From Bacteroidota bacterium (GTDB lineage: Bacteria > Bacteroidota > Bacteroidia > Flavobacteriales_D > Sanyastnellaceae): a stretch of DNA of 64,000 nt. The DNA lies in contig JAQCJQ010000001.1 in assembly GCA_027593035.1 (NCBI GenBank), positions 4,296 through 68,295 on the forward strand, given 5' to 3'. The position numbers and the translations under genes are program-made. Positions 57,382-64,000 of this stretch are shown one piece after another. The notes beneath the pieces were generated by a model that saw only the letters and a list, made by a program, of their open reading frames with translations, made no database searches and was not told the DNA's origin. The first letter of the stretch is position 1. Each line of letters opens with the position of its first letter.

Positions 57382-57777
57382 TCAACCTGCGGGGTTGTTG
57401 AGCTCGATAATGGACTTAACGGTCATCTGGACCGCGGCAATGACCATGAAAATGGCAAAAATTAAGCGGACCACCGAAGCATTGATTTTAAGCGACCAGC
57501 GGCTGCCCAACCAAGCTCCAATGACAAAGGTCAACGCCAAAAGCATCGCGTAATTGATGTTGATTTCACCGGCCTTGGCGTAATTCATGACACCCAAGAT
57601 TCCGATCGGAGGAAGCATCATGGCCAGCGAAGTGCCTTGTGCCATGTGCTGCGATAGGCCCAGCGCCAAAACTAAGGCGGGAACGATGATCATGCCTCCG
57701 CCGATACCAACGAACCCGGCGGTAATGCCGGCAATCAAGCCAATGGCCAATAAGATAAGTACCGTGCTGATTTCCAT
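57382..57777 (-). CDS. half-size TauE/SafE (DUF81) family membrane protein
   Basis: 131 aa with 4 TM segments. GFVGIGGGMIIVPAL motif. Confidence 0.6.
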   Translation of the reverse strand: MEISTVLILLAIGLIAGITAGFVGIGGGMIIVPALVLALGLSQHMAQGTSLAMMLPPIGILGVMNYAKAGEININYAMLLALTFVIGAWLGSRWSLKINASVVRLIFAIFMVIAAVQMTVKSIIELNNPAG

Positions 57778-57787
57778 GCTTGTGATG

Positions 57788-60700
57788 TTAAAAGTCTAAA
57801 TTCAAGGAGAGAACGAACAACCGGTCTGACCAACGTCCGTCGTCCACGCCCCAGCACCAATCGGCACGGACCCAATAGCCGAACAGGTAGGAACGCAATC
57901 CCATCCCGGCTCCCCAAATGATGGGCTCTCGGTTGTTGTCAATGGTCACAGTGATGGGGTTTTGTGTGACTGTAATCTGATTGAACGTATTGGATTCATC
58001 GTAGGGGTGCTTACCATTCCAAGCGGACCCGACATCGGTGAACCCAACGCACTGCAAATGTTCCAATAAGTCCGAATTAGCAGCCCGGCTAGAAAGCGTG
58101 GACCAAATGGGAATTCGGACCTCCGCATTGATCAAAGCCATGTTGGATCCGTTTCTTGCGTTTTGCCGAAATCCGCGAATCGGTGTTGCTTGGGTTTGAA
58201 AGGCGTAGAGCGTTCCGGGGTCGACGGGCGATTGGTCGGGGCCTTTCAAGCTGAGGACATTGTCAACGCCTCCCATAAAGTGAAGCAACTTTTGACGGCC
58301 CAATGACCAATTTCCGGCGGCCCTTACAGCGAAAATGATGTCCCGAAATAGGGGTTTGTAGTGCCTGAAATCAAATCCAAAAGTGCCAAAGGTGTTTTCA
58401 TTGGCCCAGCCATCGAGCAAGTATTCCGCCCAAATCCGGTAACGCGTCCCCTCCCGAATGTTCAAGCGTCGCGTGCGAGAGTTATCGAAAACGTAGGCGA
58501 TTTCAGCACCCCACTGCGTGGTAAAGTCCGTGCCAAGCTTCAAATTGTAGGCGTCGATGGACAACGGAACATTGCGATCCAAGCGCATCACCCCTTGAAT
58601 CCGCAAACTCCTCACTTCATCAAATGGGTATGTGAGACGGTGTCGAAGCAAGTGAATGTGGGTCTTGACCAAGCTTTGATTGCCATTGGTCGCTTGCGTG
58701 ACCCCCTGCCGTTCCAAACTCCAAGTCTTGTCCCATCGATTGGCTAGGTTCGAATACGCCATAGCGTACGTGCTGTTATCCAGGCTGCCTGCAAGTCGGA
58801 AGCCGATCGTAAATCGACGATCTTCAAACAAGTCCGACATCGAAGTCATGGTCAAACCGCCCAAGCCGGGTTGCAGGGAAACCGATCCGGTGTATGGCTG
58901 GTAGAAGCTGTTCCCGAAGGAATTGTCCAATTGAGCCTTGACGGATTCGATGGCGTAATTGCGGCGGTAGTTCCTTGGTTTGGGCAGCGTAAAATCCGGG
59001 GAGCGGACTCTGGGATTTCGATCGGTGTTTTGAGCGGAAGCAACTGCCGAGTTTTCCGCAGATATTGAAACCTCCTCTTTGGGCGTCCACGGTCCAAAGG
59101 CATAAGCTCGAAAGTCGGCTTCGGTGGGGCTAGGCGACCAGTCCCAGTCCAATTCGAGCGCTTGCATGGGTTCGAATGATTTGGTTTCCAACGCCGCATT
59201 GTTCTCGCGATCTGAGTTGCTCGATTGCCATCGAAAAAAGGCGTGACCATGCAAAAGCGAGGTGGTCAACACGGATCCGATTGAGGGGATTTCTTGAAAC
59301 GATCCAATGGGCTCTTCCAAGGATTCGGCGATACGAGTTTGAGTGAAGAGTCTGTAATGAATGGAAGTGTCAATCGATGCGATGGTGCTGTCTCTCCAGG
59401 AGAAGGAACGGTCTTGGCTGCCGTCAGGCTGTTCCGCCAAGAAAGTGATGACGCTTTCCCTCTGGATTTGAGGATGTCGCTCATCAATGAGCGGGGTCTC
59501 GACCCAATGGATGAGTGAGGGGACGTCCGCATCCCAGTTCAACGCAAAGAGATCGTGGGAATTGGCGATGGGTTGACCCAATGCATGTTCGAAGTTCAAG
59601 TCTGCATTGGGACGGTTGGAAGCGAACCAGATGGTGCTCCCATCATCCGAAATGACCGGGTCGAGATCGTCATAAGGATCCGTCCAAAGCGGCCTTTGAT
59701 TGTTGCTGAGAACTTGATAGCGGTACAAGTCAGATTGCCCGTTTTTCATCGCGCTCCAGATCATCGTCATCCCGTCGGGAGCATAGGTCATGCTGAGAAC
59801 CTTGTCGATTTGGAAGAGCTCTTTGCGCTTGGATTCCAAGGAATTCAAGTCCACATTGATGAGAAAATTGCTGCCTTTTTCTTCTAAGGTGTACGTGACA
59901 ATTCGGCCGTTCGGATGCCAAGCGAGGACCGGGAAGGAATCATCTTGGATGCGATCAATTTTGTGTCCATGCCGGCCGATGCGGCGTTTGCTGCCTGCAA
60001 TCAGATCCACGTACCAAAGGCTGATTTGCCCGCGCTCCTCGGTGACCAATACGCCATGCTGACCATCCGGATGAATCGAAAATGAGCGGTATTGCAGGTG
60101 TTTCTTCAGTTTGAACGGAACGTCTCCGGCAAAGGTTTGCGATTGCCTCAGATCCTTTTTAGTGATCAGAGGAGGTAAGAATTCGGGCGTGCTGATGCCG
60201 GAAAGGTGGTATTGGCTGGCCTCTGCAAAGAGCATTTCCAAGTCCATGCCGGTCGCGTATTGAATGCCCTTTTCGACGCTTCGTGTGACCCGCGTCATGT
60301 ACAAGACATTGGCAATTACCGGCTCCCCAAAAACATCTGCGATGTACTTCCAAATGGCGTGTCCAACCCATGGGGCGTTGGTTTCATTGGCCCGAGAAGC
60401 ATCACGAATTAATCCACACCTAGCCGCGTCTTTAGCGTGCATGGAAACGGCAGCGGACCACGGTGCGCTGGCGTACGAATAGAGCCCTTCCTTATACCAT
60501 TCAGGGAAGCTCATGGAGGTATTATTGCGCAGGGCATCCTGCCACGATCCTCCGTTCATGCTTTGATTGAATAGCAATTCAGTCAGGCCCCTTTTGACGT
60601 CTTGTTCCAATAAGGAGCGCTCCCCTTTGCCGTAAAGGAAGATTTTTGAGCCCACTAAGATGGCCGTGCCACCGATGTTTTCGTCTTCGCTACTGGACCC

Positions 60701-61033
60701 GCCAATGTTGGATTGCCTGAAATCCTCTTGCTTGTTGAAAACGAGGAACTGGATGGGCTTTTCAATTGTACGATCGAGGAGTTTCTCCACGTCTTTGATC
60801 CAGAGGGAGGCATCCACCACGACATGAGAGGCGAGTGCCTTGCCCCCTTGATAGTAGTACACTTCAGCTCCTTCAATGGGGAAATACTGCCAATCGAACG
60901 ATTGGTATTGAACGCGGTTCTTTCCAAACTCCACATTCGACCCATCATGAAATTGCGCTCGTAAGCTCGTTCCGCCGTGAATGAACACCACGGCAAGAAG
61001 AATCAACCGATTGAGATAGCTTTGCGATCGCAT
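57788..61033 (-). CDS. large outer-membrane protein: N-terminal domain of unknown function, PD40/TolB-like repeats, Omp85-like C-terminal barrel
   Basis: Start chosen at ATG 61033 (signal MRSQSYLNRLILLAVVFIHGGTSLRAQ). PD40-like stretches (HPDGQHGVLV, WHPNGRIVTY, YAPDGMTMIWSAMKNGQSDLY, ISDDGSTIWFASNRP). The C-terminus ends in ...FVLSLNLDF. Confidence 0.6.
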   Translation of the reverse strand: MRSQSYLNRLILLAVVFIHGGTSLRAQFHDGSNVEFGKNRVQYQSFDWQYFPIEGAEVYYYQGGKALASHVVVDASLWIKDVEKLLDRTIEKPIQFLVFNKQEDFRQSNIGGSSSEDENIGGTAILVGSKIFLYGKGERSLLEQDVKRGLTELLFNQSMNGGSWQDALRNNTSMSFPEWYKEGLYSYASAPWSAAVSMHAKDAARCGLIRDASRANETNAPWVGHAIWKYIADVFGEPVIANVLYMTRVTRSVEKGIQYATGMDLEMLFAEASQYHLSGISTPEFLPPLITKKDLRQSQTFAGDVPFKLKKHLQYRSFSIHPDGQHGVLVTEERGQISLWYVDLIAGSKRRIGRHGHKIDRIQDDSFPVLAWHPNGRIVTYTLEEKGSNFLINVDLNSLESKRKELFQIDKVLSMTYAPDGMTMIWSAMKNGQSDLYRYQVLSNNQRPLWTDPYDDLDPVISDDGSTIWFASNRPNADLNFEHALGQPIANSHDLFALNWDADVPSLIHWVETPLIDERHPQIQRESVITFLAEQPDGSQDRSFSWRDSTIASIDTSIHYRLFTQTRIAESLEEPIGSFQEIPSIGSVLTTSLLHGHAFFRWQSSNSDRENNAALETKSFEPMQALELDWDWSPSPTEADFRAYAFGPWTPKEEVSISAENSAVASAQNTDRNPRVRSPDFTLPKPRNYRRNYAIESVKAQLDNSFGNSFYQPYTGSVSLQPGLGGLTMTSMSDLFEDRRFTIGFRLAGSLDNSTYAMAYSNLANRWDKTWSLERQGVTQATNGNQSLVKTHIHLLRHRLTYPFDEVRSLRIQGVMRLDRNVPLSIDAYNLKLGTDFTTQWGAEIAYVFDNSRTRRLNIREGTRYRIWAEYLLDGWANENTFGTFGFDFRHYKPLFRDIIFAVRAAGNWSLGRQKLLHFMGGVDNVLSLKGPDQSPVDPGTLYAFQTQATPIRGFRQNARNGSNMALINAEVRIPIWSTLSSRAANSDLLEHLQCVGFTDVGSAWNGKHPYDESNTFNQITVTQNPITVTIDNNREPIIWGAGMGLRSYLFGYWVRADWCWGVDDGRWSDRLFVLSLNLDF

Positions 61034-61054
61034 GCAACCCGAAATTACTGCCTG

Positions 61055-61723
61055 ATGAGCCAACTCCACACATTTACATTCAACGCTTTTAGTGAACAGA
61101 CGTATTTGCTCGATCATGGCAATGGGGAAGCCACCGTTTTTGACCCAGGCATGAGTACAGCGGAGGAGCGAGAGCGATTCAACCGGCATTGCATAGGCTT
61201 GGGTGTGAAAATTGTTCAATGCTTGCTGACCCATGCGCATTTGGACCACGTGTTGGGATTGGCTTGGGTGTTTGATTGCTGGGGCGTTCGGCCTCGACTG
61301 CATCCAACGGACAACTTGACCTGGGATCAGGCGCCAAGGGCGGCGGAATTGTATGGCGTGCCCATGGACCCCTTGCCGAGTCGAGGACCTGATTTAGAAG
61401 CCCACGGCAGCGTGGTTGTATGTGGCGGGCATCGGTTGGAGGTACGGTGTGCTCCAGGGCATTCAGCGGGACACGTTGTTTTTGTCCACCACGAACGGGG
61501 TTGGGTCATCGGTGGCGATGTCTTGTTTCAGGGGAGTGTTGGGAGAACTGATCTCCCTGGTGGGGATGGCGCGACTTTAGCGAAAAGCATCGCGGAACAA
61601 TTGTACACCTTGCCCGATTCTTTTGAGATTTGGCCAGGCCATGGGCCCTCCACGACTGTAGGAGCTGAAAAAGCATCCAACCCCTACGTCAATGTTGGGG
61701 GAACAGGAATGCTGCAGCGTTAA
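61055..61723 (+). CDS. MBL-fold metallo-hydrolase (glyoxalase II-like)
   Basis: LLTHAHLDHV (HxHxDH), PGHSAGH, GDVLF. Start chosen at ATG 61055. Confidence 0.85.
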   Translation: MSQLHTFTFNAFSEQTYLLDHGNGEATVFDPGMSTAEERERFNRHCIGLGVKIVQCLLTHAHLDHVLGLAWVFDCWGVRPRLHPTDNLTWDQAPRAAELYGVPMDPLPSRGPDLEAHGSVVVCGGHRLEVRCAPGHSAGHVVFVHHERGWVIGGDVLFQGSVGRTDLPGGDGATLAKSIAEQLYTLPDSFEIWPGHGPSTTVGAEKASNPYVNVGGTGMLQR

Positions 61724-61725
61724 TA

Positions 61726-62793
61726 TCAGCTGAGTCCTTCAGCAGGCAATCGCTGAAGATGGAAAGTGAAGGATGTCCCTTCACCAAGTGTGGATTCCAC
61801 ATGGATGTCCTGTCCATGGGCTTCCATGATGTGCTTGACAATCGCCAATCCCAATCCGGAGCCTCCTGAATTGCGCGATCGACTGCGATCGACACGATAA
61901 AATCGTTCGAAAATGCGCTCTTGATCTTCCGCTGAGATTCCGATACCATCATCTTTCACCACCACTTGAATCTGGGACTCGACAATGGAAAGAACGACCT
62001 GGGTTTGCCCCTTTGGTTTGCCATAGTGGATCGAGTTTCCTACTAAATTGGCGATGACCTGGCGCATTTGACTTCCTCCGCACAATACCATGGGCTCCGT
62101 TTGAATCTCGGACGGAATGGACAGACTCAGAGAAATGTCGTTTTGTTGGGTTTTCGATTCGACGCTTTCTAGTGCTTCTCGGACAAGCGTCGAAATGTTG
62201 ATCGGCTCCAGGCGCATTTCGAAGCTGGCGGATTCCAAACGCGCAATGGTGTCGAGATCATCGAGCAATTCGGCCATCCTCGAGATGTTCTTCGCGGCCT
62301 TGGAGAGGAATTTTCGATTCAGCTCTTTGTTCTCCAAGTCACTTCCCAATAAGGTGAGTACGAACCCCTGGATATTGAACAACGGAGTTTTGAGCTCGTG
62401 GGCCAGATTTCCGATGAATTCTTTTCGAAAATTGTCTTTGGCATGCATCTTCTGAATGGACTCCACCTGTTGATTGGCCCATTGAATCAAATCCGTTTGA
62501 TCTTCTTTCGTCGATTCGGTGGAGGGGTCTTGAGTCACATCGCTACTGCCTTTTTTGACTTTTAAAATGGCATCCGAGAGCAATTGCACCCGCTTATATA
62601 CAAATTTGTTCACAGACCATTCGATGAGCAGAGCGCTCACATACTCCATCACAAGGCCCACCAAAATAGCGAGGGCCCACAAATGGATGGAGTCCAAAGC
62701 ATGCAGCAAAACAATGCTCGCAATCGCGCTTAACGCCGCGATGATGGGCGATGTTTTTTGGGCGACTTCCTTGGGGGTCAATTCAGGATTCAC
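61726..62793 (-). CDS. sensor histidine kinase (HisKA + HATPase_c)
   Basis: H-box FIGNLAHELKTPL, N-box VIANLVGNSIHY, G-box GGSGLGLAIVKH. GTG start overlapping the regulator stop (GTGA). Confidence 0.85.
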   Translation of the reverse strand: MNPELTPKEVAQKTSPIIAALSAIASIVLLHALDSIHLWALAILVGLVMEYVSALLIEWSVNKFVYKRVQLLSDAILKVKKGSSDVTQDPSTESTKEDQTDLIQWANQQVESIQKMHAKDNFRKEFIGNLAHELKTPLFNIQGFVLTLLGSDLENKELNRKFLSKAAKNISRMAELLDDLDTIARLESASFEMRLEPINISTLVREALESVESKTQQNDISLSLSIPSEIQTEPMVLCGGSQMRQVIANLVGNSIHYGKPKGQTQVVLSIVESQIQVVVKDDGIGISAEDQERIFERFYRVDRSRSRNSGGSGLGLAIVKHIMEAHGQDIHVESTLGEGTSFTFHLQRLPAEGLS

Positions 62794-63512
62794 GACCCGA
62801 ATTTATAACCTACGCCCTTGATTGTTTCAATGTGTTGGTCACCGAGTTTAGAGCGCAGTTTGCGAATGTGGACATCAATCGTGCGATCTCCTACAATCAC
62901 ATCGTTTCCCCAAACAGAGGAAAGGATGGTTTCCCGGGTAAAGACCTTTCCCGGCTGCGACCAAAGCAAACCGAGCAATTCAAACTCCTTTTTCGGGAGG
63001 TTGATTTCCTGGCCATCTTGGAGAACCAAGTACCGTTCCCGGTCAATGAAGATTCCATTCTGTGAAATGTTTTGAGCAGCTGGCGATGTCATCGAAACGC
63101 GCCGCAACAACGCCTTGATTCGGCTGGTCAACACACGGGGTTTGATGGATTTAAGAATGTAGTCATCGGCGCCCGAATCGAATCCCGCAACTTGACTGTA
63201 GTCCTCGCCTCTAGCCGTAAGAAAGGCCACCAAGCAATGCGCAAGCGAGGGTTCTTTTCGAATTTGGACACAAGCTTCAATGCCATCCATTTCCGGCATC
63301 ATCACATCCAGAAGAATTAAATCGGGCTTGATTTCCAGGGCCAACTCCAGGCCTTCACGACCATTGCTTGCCGTGCGAACAACGTACCCTTCTTGTGCCA
63401 AGTTGAACCCGATGAACTCAAGGATATCCGGCTCGTCATCCACTAGTAAAATCGTCTGGCTGGACATACGGGATTTGTTTCCCAAAGATTCATCATCTGC
63501 TGTGTTGTCCAT
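62790..63512 (-). CDS. OmpR/PhoB-family response regulator
   Basis: ILLVDDEPDILE, LILLDVMMPEMDG, and a C-terminal winged helix (TIDVHIRKLRSKL). The start is ATG 63512 or 63467. Confidence 0.9.
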   Translation of the reverse strand: MDNTADDESLGNKSRMSSQTILLVDDEPDILEFIGFNLAQEGYVVRTASNGREGLELALEIKPDLILLDVMMPEMDGIEACVQIRKEPSLAHCLVAFLTARGEDYSQVAGFDSGADDYILKSIKPRVLTSRIKALLRRVSMTSPAAQNISQNGIFIDRERYLVLQDGQEINLPKKEFELLGLLWSQPGKVFTRETILSSVWGNDVIVGDRTIDVHIRKLRSKLGDQHIETIKGVGYKFGS

Positions 63513-63546
63513 GTGAAGATATTGTCAAGGAATTGTAACCAATGAA

Positions 63547-64000
63547 TCAATCGCGAACGCGGCTAAATCGCAAAGCATGCAGCATCCAACGAGGCAAGGA
63601 TTCATCAGCTCCACGTTTCTGAACGTCTAGAAATAAGCCCCATTTTTCGATGATCGGAATTTTATAGACTTCAATCATCTCCAACCAGCATTCGTCGGGA
63701 TCGTCGATGTAAGTGCAGTGCACTTTGGTTTCACCCATCCCGATGGCATCTGCGGTGTCGCATCGGAATCCAAAGCCATGTTCAGCTAAGGCTTTCCCGA
63801 GGGAATCCATCCCGCGGACGTCGAATCCGAGATGAGCAAATCCGGTGTCACACCAGATTCGATCTTCGAAAACGAACCTCCCGGTACGGTCTTTTGCTTG
63901 GACCAGTTCGATGTACGTGCGTCCTGTAATGGGACCAAATCCTCCGGCCCCTGAATTGGATTGAGTCAGTCGCACACGGCGATAGTGTTCGCTACCGTGT
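63547..64000 (-). CDS. VOC (glyoxalase/dioxygenase) family protein, 5' end probably beyond window
   Basis: The frame stays open to nt 64000 (HGSEHYRRVRLTQ...). The listed start at 63975 is a GTG. VOC-like pattern FAHLGFDV...GMGETKVHCTYIDDPDECWLEMIE. Confidence 0.55.
   Translation of the reverse strand, partial: HGSEHYRRVRLTQSNSGAGGFGPITGRTYIELVQAKDRTGRFVFEDRIWCDTGFAHLGFDVRGMDSLGKALAEHGFGFRCDTADAIGMGETKVHCTYIDDPDECWLEMIEVYKIPIIEKWGLFLDVQKRGADESLPRWMLHALRFSRVRD

Noticed and set aside
57382-57777. TauE gene as a truncated pseudogene
   Set aside because: The ORF is intact with a proper ATG and stop. The flanking 6-10-nt gaps leave no space for a degraded second half. It is kept as a half-size gene and flagged in the findings.
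1-64000. Search for CRISPR arrays, tRNA/rRNA genes, transposases, integrases, phage genes or known defence modules
   Set aside because: Every ORF longer than about 100 codons that is not an antisense shadow could be assigned to a housekeeping or envelope function. No spacer exceeds 305 bp. I saw no direct-repeat arrays, inverted terminal repeats or tRNA-like cloverleaf sequences. The window therefore looks like core chromosome.

Overview
This is a very compact (about 96% coding by my calls, roughly 2.4 kb non-coding) chromosomal core region. It is almost certainly from a member of the Bacteroidota. GC looks to be around 50-55% by eye; I did not compute it.

Evidence for the phylum:
- a large secreted protein carries a T9SS type-B (gliding-motility C-terminal) sorting domain;
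- there is a DUF5686/CarboxypepD_reg protein;
- the pdxA-DUF177-rpmF-fabH-accB-accC gene order is present;
- a bacterial kynurenine 3-monooxygenase is present;
- Shine-Dalgarno sequences are absent;
- exact TAnnTTTG -7 promoter boxes recur in front of transcription units.

I call 61 protein-coding genes, two of them cut by the window edges. They are nearly all housekeeping:
- dTDP-rhamnose genes rfbA and rfbD;
- polyprenyl synthase, sucAB, mreBCD-mrdA-rodA, purH;
- phosphohexomutase, dCMP deaminase, S41 protease, SOD, ispD;
- dusB, rbfA, hflX, gdhA, methylmalonyl-CoA epimerase, kmo, panD;
- accBC, fabH, rpmF, pdxA, ribE;
- lptB, tatC, kdsD, recQ;
- an OmpR-type two-component pair.

I recognise no rRNA, tRNA, CRISPR array, transposase, integrase, phage gene or known defence gene. 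I also see no convincing evidence of a new defence or mobile system.

The items most worth a second look are:
1. a translationally coupled panD / MprF-TM-like / RfaE-II-like trio;
2. an orphan radical-SAM/SPASM enzyme paired with a second MprF-TM-like membrane protein and divergent from a Cys-rich DUF3109 gene;
3. a kdsD-tatC-DUF5686-lptB operon in which DUF5686 sits where lptC/lptA sit in E. coli;
4. a 305-bp structured convergent spacer with its own terminator, which could be a small RNA or a long 3' UTR;
5. a recurrent near-leaderless promoter architecture.

All coordinates and start choices come from manual reading of the sequence and the ORF track. The track shows GTG and TTG starts as M. 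No database search was possible.
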